This document shows positions 9,630-19,037 of a DNA stretch of 64,000 nt, one piece after another. The notes under the pieces were generated by a model. That model had not been told where the DNA came from. It saw nothing but the letters and a program-made list of their open reading frames with translations, and made no database searches. Numbering within the stretch: position 1 is the stretch's first letter; the number at the start of each line of letters is the position of its first letter. Source of the DNA: Thermoproteota archaeon (GTDB lineage: Archaea; Korarchaeota; Korarchaeia; B14-G2); the NCBI GenBank assembly GCA_037917675.1, contig JAVCBW010000034.1, positions 70,788 through 134,787 of the forward strand, written 5' to 3'. The position numbers and the translations under genes were made by a program.

Positions 9630-10737
9630 CAGCTAATCTCCTCAGCCTCTTCAGTGCATCCAGCTTCTCTCTCTTCTTAGCGTCAGCTCTCTCGAGCGCT
9701 GTGGTCAGGAAGTCTATTGCTTCATCTAGAGCCCTCCTGTCTACAGGGAATGGCACCCCATCTTTCCCGCCGAATGCGAAGCTGAACTTAGCTGGGTCTC
9801 TCCAGCTCGCCTTCTCGCCATAGACTAGCTCAGCTATCAGAGCTAGCCCTCTAACTGTAGCAGGCCCAATCCCCCTTATCTCTATGAGCTCCTCATACCT
9901 GCTAGGCTGAAGCTGGTAGGCCTCCTCTAGAGCTCTCCAGTTTATGCTCCAAGGCATCTTCAGGTAGCTTGCTCCAGCCTCCCCTCCAGGAATCCACTTC
10001 AGAAGGGTCTTCTGACCCCCTATAAGCTCATCTATGAGCCTAGCTACCCTCCTAGGCCCCTCCCTAGCTAGGTCTAGGGAGGCCCTCCTGGCGCCCTCAC
10101 TTTCACCTGCAGTCATGTCTAGCACACTCTTCCTGACCTTCTCAGCTACTATAGCTGTGTGAGGCTCTTCTGTGAAGCTTCTCAGCCTAGCTGAAAGCCA
10201 GTGGTATCTCCTAGCTGTCTTGTCAGCTGGGCTCATACCCTGCTGAACCACAGTCCACAGCCCACTTTCAGCGAAGACGAAGGCATGGTGGTAGAGCTGG
10301 TAGCCATCTTGCACACATGCGTTATCGACTTTGGCAGCAAGCCTGCTAGCCCTAGTGAGCTCGCCTGCGAGCTCCATGACACCCATCTTCCTACAGGCCT
10401 CCTCTATGTCAGCTGGAGCTCTCAAGCTAGCTTTACCCTTCCCACCACAGACTGCCACCCCATGCTCAGCTGGGTCTATAGCCTCTCTAAGTGCTGCAGT
10501 GACTACTGTGGTGAGCCCAGAGGAGTGCCAGTCGAAGCCTAGCACACACCCTAGTGCCTGGAACCAGAATGGGTCTGCTAGCCTAGCTACAAGCTCCTCA
10601 CTACCATACTCTGAGGTCACGACAGAGACTAAAGCTCTAGCTAACTTAACCATCCTAGAGAAAAGCCACCTGGGAACCCAGCCTCCATGGAGAGGTAAGT
10701 CTGCTATCCCAGTTAAGCTCAACCCTGACCCTACCAT
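9613..10737 (-). CDS. DUF763 family protein
   Basis: ADLPLHGG, DWHSSGLTT, QDGYQLYHH, ARRYHW, HhH-like GIGPAT, FAFGGKDGVPFPV. Confidence 0.88.
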   Translation of the reverse strand: MVGSGLSLTGIADLPLHGGWVPRWLFSRMVKLARALVSVVTSEYGSEELVARLADPFWFQALGCVLGFDWHSSGLTTVVTAALREAIDPAEHGVAVCGGKGKASLRAPADIEEACRKMGVMELAGELTRASRLAAKVDNACVQDGYQLYHHAFVFAESGLWTVVQQGMSPADKTARRYHWLSARLRSFTEEPHTAIVAEKVRKSVLDMTAGESEGARRASLDLAREGPRRVARLIDELIGGQKTLLKWIPGGEAGASYLKMPWSINWRALEEAYQLQPSRYEELIEIRGIGPATVRGLALIAELVYGEKASWRDPAKFSFAFGGKDGVPFPVDRRALDEAIDFLTTALERADAKKREKLDALKRLRRLAATYMV

Positions 10738-10906
10738 ATAGCTGCAGCTACAGTATAAATGTACCCACTAGCTCAGGCCTCTGGGCCACTAAGGTCATGA
10801 GCAGAAGCCCCAGCTCCAGAGGCTACATGCGCCAGCTGCTCTCTGAGCCCTCACCTCCAGCCTTCAGTTGCAGCTGCAAGCATCTTTTTAAGCTATCTCA
10901 TCTACA

Positions 10907-12160
10907 GTGATCGGCATGCTAGATCTCTCTCAGGTATTCAGGCAGCTTGAGCTCAAGCTAAGTGTGCTCAAGAGAGGAGTAGAGAGCTACCCTGAGCTGC
11001 TAGACAAGCTGGCTAAGGTGCTCAGCAGCCCTCTGCCAAGCAGAGATGATGTCCTATCTCTGCTAACCGGAGATAGGAGCTGCCTAGCTCTGCTAGGAGA
11101 CCTAGCTCTCCCAACTAGTGAGTGGGGTGTGCCCTCCATCCCACCCAGCTTCAGGGTTGGCGCATTCAGTGCAGGTGAGACCTGGGCTCTAGAGGCCTTA
11201 GAGGATGCAACCGTGATCGCGACAGACTCAGGGATCATCACACCAGACCACCACATCCTACCTCTCATGGCAGTCTTGAATAAGGGCTACTATGCAGCAT
11301 ACTACAGGAGAGCAGGGACATCTTGCCTTGAGGGCTCTGAGTGTGAGCTTAGGGTTGGAGAGGAGCTGTACCTACAGCGTGGAGGAGAGCTGAGGCTGAT
11401 GAACTGGGCTGACAGAGATGCCTGGGCATATGAAGGAGAGCTCTCCATCGCAGTCAAGGCAGCTGAGCAGGTTAAGGGCTCTAGGCCAGCAGTCCTCCTC
11501 CTAGACAGGCCTCTGTCTCTGACTTATGCCATGGACAGGAGGCACTTGGATAAAGCTAAGCTCATAGCTGTAGTGAGGAAGTGGCTTCCAAAGCTGAGAG
11601 AGGCTGAGATCATACCTGCTGGAGTCTACTTCTCAGCTGCAAGGTCCCTGTGCAACACTCTGGTTAGAGCTGTGCTGTGCTCTAAGGTGGCCTCATGCTC
11701 AAGCTGCAGATCTACATGGAGAGCTAGGGCGAGTCCTCCTCTCTGCCGTGAGGCTGTTGCAGTCAATGATTCGCTCCTCTACTCGAAGCTACTGAATCCA
11801 GGTGAGAGGTCTCCTCTCCTCAAGGCCTACAACAAGGCTACAGCAAAGACGCTGGACATACTGTTCTTCTACTTGAAGGCTGGTGAAGGCGTGCTTAGAG
11901 TGGAGATCCCAGAGTGGGCTATGGCAGAAGCTGAGCTAGTGCATAGAGTAGTGTGTGCTCAAGCTGCTCTAGCTGGAGGATACCCCTACGCCATGGTGAG
12001 AGCACATGAGAATGCTGTAGTCACTGGAAGAGAGAGGTCTGCTTTCTATGAGCTTGTAGACAGGTTCCTAGCATCCAGGGGGATAACCCCCCCTGGAGGA
12101 AGATCTCCTGGAGTCAAGCTAACTAGGAAGGCTAAGCTGAAGATGAGGACGGTGATCTGA
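10907..12160 (+). CDS. nurA: NurA 5'-3' nuclease
   Basis: IATDSG, LLLDRPL, GERSPL, RVEIPEW, GYPYAMVRAHENAVV motifs; upstream of herA. Confidence 0.85.
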   Translation: MIGMLDLSQVFRQLELKLSVLKRGVESYPELLDKLAKVLSSPLPSRDDVLSLLTGDRSCLALLGDLALPTSEWGVPSIPPSFRVGAFSAGETWALEALEDATVIATDSGIITPDHHILPLMAVLNKGYYAAYYRRAGTSCLEGSECELRVGEELYLQRGGELRLMNWADRDAWAYEGELSIAVKAAEQVKGSRPAVLLLDRPLSLTYAMDRRHLDKAKLIAVVRKWLPKLREAEIIPAGVYFSAARSLCNTLVRAVLCSKVASCSSCRSTWRARASPPLCREAVAVNDSLLYSKLLNPGERSPLLKAYNKATAKTLDILFFYLKAGEGVLRVEIPEWAMAEAELVHRVVCAQAALAGGYPYAMVRAHENAVVTGRERSAFYELVDRFLASRGITPPGGRSPGVKLTRKAKLKMRTVI

Positions 12161-12801
12161 TGTCATACCTAGATGAGTACTCTAGGCCTGATAGAGCCTT
12201 CGGAGAAGTCTTCACCTCAACCTTCACAGAGTTCTCAGTCCAGTCATACTCTCCAGCATACTCCTCGACACCAGAGTATGGCTCCCTGATAGCTGTGAAC
12301 TGCGAGACCCTACTCATAATAGGCCTTGTTTACTCTTCAGAGGTTGTCTCAGCGACGGTCGTGGCATCTCTGCCGACACCACTCAGGAAGACTAGGAGAG
12401 AGATCCAGAGCATGTACCCAGATCTAGACTCCAGGCTGAGAGACGTGTACAGAGCTGTCTCAGTAGGCTACTATGATGGAAGCATGTTCTGGCATGACAG
12501 GCCTCCGAGAAAGCCTCTGGTACACGACCTAGCTTACCTGCCAGACACTAGGCTCATAAGGGAGTTCCATGGGACCCCGCCGAAGCTAGGCTACCTGCCG
12601 CTTGTCTTCGCCTCCCTGCCAGAGAGGGAGGCTCTGATGCTGACCAGAGGTCTAGCGAGGTTCCTTGCATCCAAGTTCAGGTCTCAAGAGGAGAGGGAGC
12701 AGCTTCTGAGGAGCGGAGTAGAGTCTCTGCAGGCATGGGGCTATGACGCAGAACTGATAGTTATGGTAAGCGAGATGCTCGAGTCGATGCTAAGCATGTA
12801 G
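12160..12801 (+). CDS. Stand-alone HAS-barrel domain protein
   Basis: GEVFTSTFTEF..PEYGSLI..IIGLVY beta-barrel pattern and P..HD..Y; coupled to nurA by TGATG. Confidence 0.7.
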   Translation: MSYLDEYSRPDRAFGEVFTSTFTEFSVQSYSPAYSSTPEYGSLIAVNCETLLIIGLVYSSEVVSATVVASLPTPLRKTRREIQSMYPDLDSRLRDVYRAVSVGYYDGSMFWHDRPPRKPLVHDLAYLPDTRLIREFHGTPPKLGYLPLVFASLPEREALMLTRGLARFLASKFRSQEEREQLLRSGVESLQAWGYDAELIVMVSEMLESMLSM

Positions 12802-12860
12802 CCGCTGCCAGCTGCAGCAAAGTTTAGTAGCCTCCTGCCATAGGCTCATGTGGTGTCTTC

Positions 12861-14492
12861 ATGGGTAAGCTTAGGGTGTTTGGTGGAAGCTTATCCTCTG
12901 GCGTCTATGCTCGTATCCCACCTGGGTCATCTTCAGAAGACTATGCCATAGGCTCCATAGTAGCTGTCAGAGGGGTTAAGAAGACCTTTCTAGCTGTGGT
13001 CGGCGACATCCATCATAGGAGCGGGGTTACTGCAGCTGAGTCCCTGAGCGGGAGCCCTGAGCCTCCAGCTCAGGCGATAGCTCAGCTTAGAGGGAGGACT
13101 CTAGGCTCCATGGTCACCCTGATACCTGTAGCCCAAGCTGACAGCAGCGGTGAGGTAGAGGAGGCCACAACGATACCAGACTACCTCACAGAGGGATCTG
13201 AGCCGACTGAGGAGGAGGTGATAAGGTTCTATGGGACACCAGACTACAAGCTGAGGTGGCCAGTAGGCTCTCCAAAGAACTCTATGGCGCAGGTTCCACT
13301 CGACATAGATGCGCTGACTAGAGGCTGCTTTGGGATATTCGGGAAGAGCGGCACAGGAAAGACCTTCCTCGGGAACCTGATTGCAGCAGCCATAGCAGTA
13401 GCGTCAAGACGCATGGAGGGCCAGCCTCCAGTAAAGCTCCTAATACTAGACATGCATAGCGAGTATGCTCTTAAAGTCAAGGATCAGCTTGGAAGAGACT
13501 ACGAGAAGGGTGTAGGGCAGGCTCTAAGAGAGGAATTCATGTCCTACACGATAGACAGGGCTCTAGAGGCTGAGCATGGCCTCAGGATGTTCACTATACC
13601 AGTCAGAGCCCTCAGGATAGACGACATAGTAGCATGTGAAAAGGCTCTAGGCTTGACACCAAGGTTCATAGAGCTGCTCCCAAGCTTAGCTAGGAGGATA
13701 GGAAGCTGGCTCAAAGCTAAGGGAGAGGAGCGTAGCTGGCTTGAGTGGCTGATCAAAGCTGACGAAGAGGAGCTACATGGGTTCCTCGAGGAGAAGAGGG
13801 TGCAGCCTGGCGAAAGGCACTCGCTGCTGTCAGCTAGAAGCCGCCTCCAGAGGCTAGAAGACTTCGAGTTCATGGAGTGGGGTAGCCAGCAAGCTGACTC
13901 AGTAAGCGAGGTGGTTCAGGGCATAGTGGAGCAGGGGAGGAGCTGCATAATAGCATTCGGCAGGTATGGAGACGATGCGCTCGCATACATGCTTGTAGCG
14001 AACATACTAGCCAGGAGGATATGGGAGAAGTATGTTGACATGGCTATGAGAGGAGAGAAGCCTAGGAGCAGGCTGGTCATATTCCTAGAGGAGGCCCATA
14101 AGTTCCTGGCTCCAGACGTATACTACAAGACTCCATTCGGGAAGATAGCTAGGGAGCTCAGAAAGCGTGGTGTAGTCCTCTGTATCATAGACCAGAGGCC
14201 CTCCCAGATATCAGATGAGGTCATGGCTATGCTATGGAACAGGTTTGTCATGAACCTTGCAGAGGAAAAGGACATAGAGACAGCCACCATGGGGCTCCCA
14301 TTCAAGAGGCTATTTAAGCCACTTGTAGAGAGGCTGAGGAGGGGGGAAGTACTCCTCTTCGGAGAGGCAGTCAAGATACCTGCTGTAGTTAAGGTAGCAG
14401 ACTACAAGCAGATGATGAAGAGGCTACAGGAAGAGTATAGAGAGGCATTGAGGACACCAGATGAAGAGCTAGCTGAAGCATATGGGTACTAG
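12861..14492 (+). CDS. herA: HerA/FtsK-family DNA translocase
   Basis: Walker A GKSGTGKT, LILDMHSEY, Walker B FLEEAHKF, IARELRK arginine finger, DQRPS. Confidence 0.92.
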   Translation: MGKLRVFGGSLSSGVYARIPPGSSSEDYAIGSIVAVRGVKKTFLAVVGDIHHRSGVTAAESLSGSPEPPAQAIAQLRGRTLGSMVTLIPVAQADSSGEVEEATTIPDYLTEGSEPTEEEVIRFYGTPDYKLRWPVGSPKNSMAQVPLDIDALTRGCFGIFGKSGTGKTFLGNLIAAAIAVASRRMEGQPPVKLLILDMHSEYALKVKDQLGRDYEKGVGQALREEFMSYTIDRALEAEHGLRMFTIPVRALRIDDIVACEKALGLTPRFIELLPSLARRIGSWLKAKGEERSWLEWLIKADEEELHGFLEEKRVQPGERHSLLSARSRLQRLEDFEFMEWGSQQADSVSEVVQGIVEQGRSCIIAFGRYGDDALAYMLVANILARRIWEKYVDMAMRGEKPRSRLVIFLEEAHKFLAPDVYYKTPFGKIARELRKRGVVLCIIDQRPSQISDEVMAMLWNRFVMNLAEEKDIETATMGLPFKRLFKPLVERLRRGEVLLFGEAVKIPAVVKVADYKQMMKRLQEEYREALRTPDEELAEAYGY

Positions 14493-14553
14493 CTCTCTGC
14501 TCTCAGCCTACGCTAGCGGTTGGCTTTAAGTAGATCTGCTCTAGTAGTATAGC

Positions 14554-15738
14554 ATGCTGCTAGTGCATACTGCTGACTTCCATCTTGGCGTTGGGCTGCT
14601 TGAGGCTCCTGCTGGCAGCGCTATCTGGCAGCGTAGGGTCGAGGACTTTGTCGGTAGGATGATGGAGATAGCTAGGGAGGCTATCAGGATCAAAGCTGAC
14701 TTCGTCATGGTTGCAGGAGACATCTTCCAGACTACACGCCCCCATGGCTGGCTTCTACGAGAGTTCGCTAGGTTCATCAGGATGCTTGTCGAAAATAGGG
14801 TTCAGGTTGTGGCTATAGCTGGAAACCACGACCAGCCTAGGTTAGTTGAGTCCTCAACTCACTTAGATGCTCTAGCTGAGCTCAATATCAGAGGCTTCTA
14901 CTATGCGAGGAAGCCTATGGCAATCGATCTAAAGGGAGCATACAGCGGAAAGAGGCTCAGGTTCATCTGCCTCCCATACATGCACCCCCTCCTCACCAGG
15001 GAGGGCTCCATTGACACTGTAGCATATGAGAAGCTTGTTGAGTCTCGCCTCAGAAAGCTAGCTGAGGAGTCTACTGCAGAATACACTGTCACTATAGCTC
15101 ACTTCCTCGTCTATGGAGCTGTCAGGGGAGCTGAGATATACCTTAAACCAGGAGTCTATGAGGCTCCAGTGAGCCCCCACATCTTCAGGATCCCACAGGT
15201 GAGCTACACTGCATTAGGCCATGTACACAAGTACCAGGAGCTAGCTAAGAGGGTCCTCTACTCTGGCTCGATAGAGAGAGTGAACTTCGGTGAGGCAGAG
15301 GAGGAGAAGGGGTTTATCACAGTAAGAGAGGAGAGGGGTGATCTTGAGCTAAGCTTCACACCACTCCCCTGCAGGAGGATGGCTTCCCTGACAGTAGATG
15401 TCTCCAGGAGCGCAAACCCTACAGCTAGGGTTGTAGAGGAGCTTAAGTCGCAGCTGCTAGAAGATGCTATACTGAAGCTCACCATCAAAGCCAGGAGAGA
15501 GCAGCTTGCATCACTGAACACACGTGAGATAGACAGAGTGCTAGAGAAGCTGAAGTGCTTCTATCATGTCCTCAGGTATGACATGGCATATGAGAGACCA
15601 GGAAGCCCTATGCTAACTTCAGCAATGACTCTAGAGGAAGCTCTAGAGAGGTATGTGAGGCAGCTGAACCTCAGAAAGAGCCTAGAGGAGAAGGTGATTG
15701 AGGAGGGGAAGAGGATACTGAGGGAGATGCATGCTTGA
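14554..15738 (+). CDS. mre11: Mre11/SbcD metallophosphoesterase nuclease
   Basis: HTADFHLG, AGDIF, GNHD, AH, LGHVH, YSGSIER. Own TTTAAG box at about 14525. Confidence 0.92.
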   Translation: MLLVHTADFHLGVGLLEAPAGSAIWQRRVEDFVGRMMEIAREAIRIKADFVMVAGDIFQTTRPHGWLLREFARFIRMLVENRVQVVAIAGNHDQPRLVESSTHLDALAELNIRGFYYARKPMAIDLKGAYSGKRLRFICLPYMHPLLTREGSIDTVAYEKLVESRLRKLAEESTAEYTVTIAHFLVYGAVRGAEIYLKPGVYEAPVSPHIFRIPQVSYTALGHVHKYQELAKRVLYSGSIERVNFGEAEEEKGFITVREERGDLELSFTPLPCRRMASLTVDVSRSANPTARVVEELKSQLLEDAILKLTIKARREQLASLNTREIDRVLEKLKCFYHVLRYDMAYERPGSPMLTSAMTLEEALERYVRQLNLRKSLEEKVIEEGKRILREMHA

Positions 15739-18220
15739 GAGGATAGCAGTCAGGAACTTCATCACATATGAGGAAGCTGACATAGACCTCAAGGGAAAGC
15801 ATGCCATAGCAGTCTATGGAGACAATGGAGCAGGGAAGACAAAGCTCTTTGTAGATGCAGTCACGTTCGCCTTGTATGGTAGGACGTCAGCTCTAGAGCA
15901 CAGGGGAGTCTCTAGAGCAGACTTGATCATGCCAGGTAAGCCATATGCCAGTGTGAGGCTAGTCCTCAAGTTAGCTGGGGAGCGATATGAGGTCTATAGG
16001 GAGGTGAGCAGGTCAGGGAGCACAAAGCTCACGGTATCGAGGCTCACAGGAGGAAGGAGGTCTCTTATAGCATCAGGGGCAGCTGAAGCTGGGAGGTATA
16101 TAGCTGAGAAGCTCCTTGGGATGAGCTACGAGACATTTGTGTCGACAGCTGTCATAAGGCAAGGTGAGGTAGAGAAGTTCTCAGAGATGACTCCCTCGGA
16201 GAGGAGGCATACCCTGCTAGAGGCATTCGGCCTCTCACTAGAGAAGGCTAGAGAGGCCCTGAGGGAGAGGCTTCGATCGATCGAGGTGGAGGAGGCTAGG
16301 TTTTCAGGTGAGCTGGAGCACGTTGAGAGAGAGCTCAAGAAGATCCCTGAGCTCGAGAGCTCTCTGAGAGAGGCTGAGAGCAAGCTAAGTGAGGCAGTAA
16401 GGGAGGCTAGGGAGGCTGAAGCTCAGCTGAAGGAGGCTGAGGCTAGAGAGAGGGAGCTGGAAAAGGAGAGGCTCAGGCTAGCAGAGGAGAAGGCGAGGCT
16501 AGAGGAGGCTTTCAAGAGGGTAAGTGAGCTGGAGAGCAAGGTGGAGAAGGCTAGAGAGGAAGCTGAGGAGCTCGCTAAGCTAGCTGAAAGAGAGCAGGAG
16601 CTCATGGAAGAGCTAAGGAGGATGGCGGTGAAGAGGGGCATGCTAGAGGAGGCTCTGAGGCTGAAGAGAGAGGAGATGGAGGCTGAGAGAGAGCTCAAGC
16701 CGAAGATAAACTCCTTGGAGTCAGAGCTCAGGTCGATAGACTCCAGGATCCAGGAGCTCAAGAGGAGGCTAGAGGAGAAGGATAAGGCTGAGGTGGAAGT
16801 GGAGGAGGCGAGGAAGGCAGCTGGGGAGGCGAAGAGGGCTGAGGATGAGCTGAAGAAGGCCAGAGAGGAGAGGGATGCTGCCCAGAGAGAGCTTAACGCT
16901 GCTGAGAGGAAGATGCGTGAGCTCAAGCTCTTCCTAGAAGAGCTATCCAGGGGAGAGGTGAGAGAGTGTCCCCTCTGCTTCTCTAGGATAACAGGGGATA
17001 GGCTCCAGCACATAGCTGAAGCACACAGGAGAGAGCTCAGCGAGATAGAGAGCAGAGTGGCTCTGGAGGAGCAGAGGCTCAAGAGAGCTGAAGAGGAAGT
17101 CAAGGCCATAGAGCAGAGGAGGCTAAGCTTCCTCGAGAAGGCTGCTAGGCTAGAGCTTCTAGAGGAGAAGCTTAGGGAGATGCTTGAGGCTGAGAGGGAG
17201 CTTGAGAAGCTAGCTACATCAAGGGAGCTGATAGAAGGCCAGCTGTCATCTGCTAGAAGGCAGCTAGAGGAGAGGCTGAGTGCCATAAGGGAAGAGGCCT
17301 CCAGGAGAGGGCTTCCTCTCGAGGTAGATGCTAGAGCTTTAGAGGAGCAGGCTAAGAAGGCAGCTGAGCTAGAGGAGTCTGTTAGAGCAGAGCTGGATAG
17401 AGCTAGGGAGGCTAGAGCCAGAGCAGAGGAGAGGAGGAGAGAGCTAGCTGGCCTAGAGTCCCAGCTTGAGGAAGCTAGGGAGGAGGCTAAAAGGCTCAAG
17501 CCAGCTGAAGCCAGATATGAGGCTGTAGCTAGAGAGCTAGATGAAGTGAGGGGGAGGAAAAGCGAGCTGGAGGAGAAGCTCGCAGAGGTGAGGCAGAGGC
17601 AGGCTAAGCTCACACAGATGGCAGATGACTTGAGGAAGAGGCTTGCTAACCTCAATGAGATGAGGCAGGTAGCAGATGACTTGAGGAAGAAGATCGCTAG
17701 CCTCAACGAGATGGAGGAGGTGTACACGGTACTCAGAGACAAGGTGTTCCATGATAGAGGGCTCCCCCTAGAGCTTCTCAGGACACAGATAGAGGCCCTG
17801 AACGCACATGTACAGCACTACCTAGACAGCTTCACAGGAGGGTCTCTCAGAATAAACCTAGATGCGACAGATGAGGGAGAGGTGGAGGTGAGCGTATATG
17901 ATGAAGCCAGGATGAGGCCAATACACACCTTCTCAGCTGGAGAGAAGACCATGCTAGGGTTCTCGCTGAGGCTGGGGCTGATGAAGGCCATAGCTCAGGC
18001 TAGGGCAGCAAGGACGCTAGGCCTCCTGATAGTAGACGAAGGCTTCTCCTCACTAGACCAAGACAAGAGAAGCACTCTAGGAGCAATAGTATCAAGCCTG
18101 ACAAGGGAGTTTGATGTCATAATAGCGATATCACACATGCCTGAGATAAGAGAGTACTTCCCATACTCTGTGAGAGTAGAGAAGAGAGATGGGAGAAGCA
18201 AGGCTACACCAGAGTGGTAG
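15731..18220 (+). CDS. rad50: Rad50/SbcC SMC-like ATPase
   Basis: Walker A GDNGAGKT, Q-loop, long coiled coil with central CPLC zinc hook, signature FSAGE, Walker B LIVDEGFSSLD, ISH. Confidence 0.92.
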   Translation: MLERIAVRNFITYEEADIDLKGKHAIAVYGDNGAGKTKLFVDAVTFALYGRTSALEHRGVSRADLIMPGKPYASVRLVLKLAGERYEVYREVSRSGSTKLTVSRLTGGRRSLIASGAAEAGRYIAEKLLGMSYETFVSTAVIRQGEVEKFSEMTPSERRHTLLEAFGLSLEKAREALRERLRSIEVEEARFSGELEHVERELKKIPELESSLREAESKLSEAVREAREAEAQLKEAEARERELEKERLRLAEEKARLEEAFKRVSELESKVEKAREEAEELAKLAEREQELMEELRRMAVKRGMLEEALRLKREEMEAERELKPKINSLESELRSIDSRIQELKRRLEEKDKAEVEVEEARKAAGEAKRAEDELKKAREERDAAQRELNAAERKMRELKLFLEELSRGEVRECPLCFSRITGDRLQHIAEAHRRELSEIESRVALEEQRLKRAEEEVKAIEQRRLSFLEKAARLELLEEKLREMLEAERELEKLATSRELIEGQLSSARRQLEERLSAIREEASRRGLPLEVDARALEEQAKKAAELEESVRAELDRAREARARAEERRRELAGLESQLEEAREEAKRLKPAEARYEAVARELDEVRGRKSELEEKLAEVRQRQAKLTQMADDLRKRLANLNEMRQVADDLRKKIASLNEMEEVYTVLRDKVFHDRGLPLELLRTQIEALNAHVQHYLDSFTGGSLRINLDATDEGEVEVSVYDEARMRPIHTFSAGEKTMLGFSLRLGLMKAIAQARAARTLGLLIVDEGFSSLDQDKRSTLGAIVSSLTREFDVIIAISHMPEIREYFPYSVRVEKRDGRSKATPEW
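17615..17716 (+). repeat. 51-bp in-frame tandem duplication in the rad50 coiled coil
   Basis: QMADDLRKRLANLNEMR / QVADDLRKKIASLNEME; GCAGATGACTTGAGGAAGA occurs at 17621 and 17672. Confidence 0.85.
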
Positions 18221-18395
18221 AGCTGCTGTAGCCACGAGCCTGAGGCTACAGGAAGGCAGCTTAAACACTAGATGAGGCCCTGCTAGGCATCTGAGCTCTC
18301 TGGTAGCAGCTTAAGCCTAGCTAGAGCACAGAGGTGCTATCCTGCTATAGGTGGTAAAGCTTATCTGGCTGCTGCCCTAGCGTACTGGTGCCTGG

Positions 18396-19037
18396 TTGAA
18401 GGTCAAGCTGATTGCTGTAACCTGCCCTCTAATCGGAGAGGGCGGGCAGGAGAAGCTTATAGCTTCAGCTGCTAGATGCTGCTGGAGTAGCAAGCCAATC
18501 GAGGAGATCTATGAGTCCATGAGCGGAGACAGAGTCAGGCTTTTCCTGGAGAAGCTCATGAAGCTAGAGCATCTAAGCCCATTTGAGCATGTCTCTCTAA
18601 CATTCTACATTGAGGGGATCAGTAGGGTGACGAGCCACCAGCTTGTCAGGCACAGGATAGCTAGCTACAGCCAGCAGTCACAGAGGCATGTTAGGATTGA
18701 GGAGGGTAGCTTCATAACTCCACCTTCAATCGAGAGGGTGCCTGCTGCTGCTAAGCTGTTTAAGGAGGCTGTAGAGAGGTGCATGCAGGCTTACATGAAG
18801 CTTATAGAGCTCGGGGTCCCGATGGAAGATGCTAGATATGTTGTACCTCAGGCTGTGAAGACGAACATAGTTGTCACGATGAATGTCAGGGAGCTTCTAC
18901 ACTTCTTCAAGCTCAGGCTGGCTCCAGACGCTCAGTGGGAGATCAGAGAGATGGCTCTTGAGATGCTGAAGCAGGCAGCTGAGCTCTTGCCTACAGTCTT
19001 CAAGCCTCTACTGGAGAGCTTACCTCAAGGTAGGTGA
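18396..19037 (+). CDS. thyX: Flavin-dependent thymidylate synthase
   Basis: HLSPFEH, SHQLVRHRIASYSQQSQR ThyX signature, EDARY, AQWEIR. Confidence 0.95.
   Translation: MKVKLIAVTCPLIGEGGQEKLIASAARCCWSSKPIEEIYESMSGDRVRLFLEKLMKLEHLSPFEHVSLTFYIEGISRVTSHQLVRHRIASYSQQSQRHVRIEEGSFITPPSIERVPAAAKLFKEAVERCMQAYMKLIELGVPMEDARYVVPQAVKTNIVVTMNVRELLHFFKLRLAPDAQWEIREMALEMLKQAAELLPTVFKPLLESLPQGR

Noticed and set aside
16423-17742. 439-aa Ser/Leu-rich minus-strand ORF and many similar antisense ORFs
   Set aside because: These are shadows of GAG/AGG/GCT-rich sense genes, with low complexity and no motifs or promoters.
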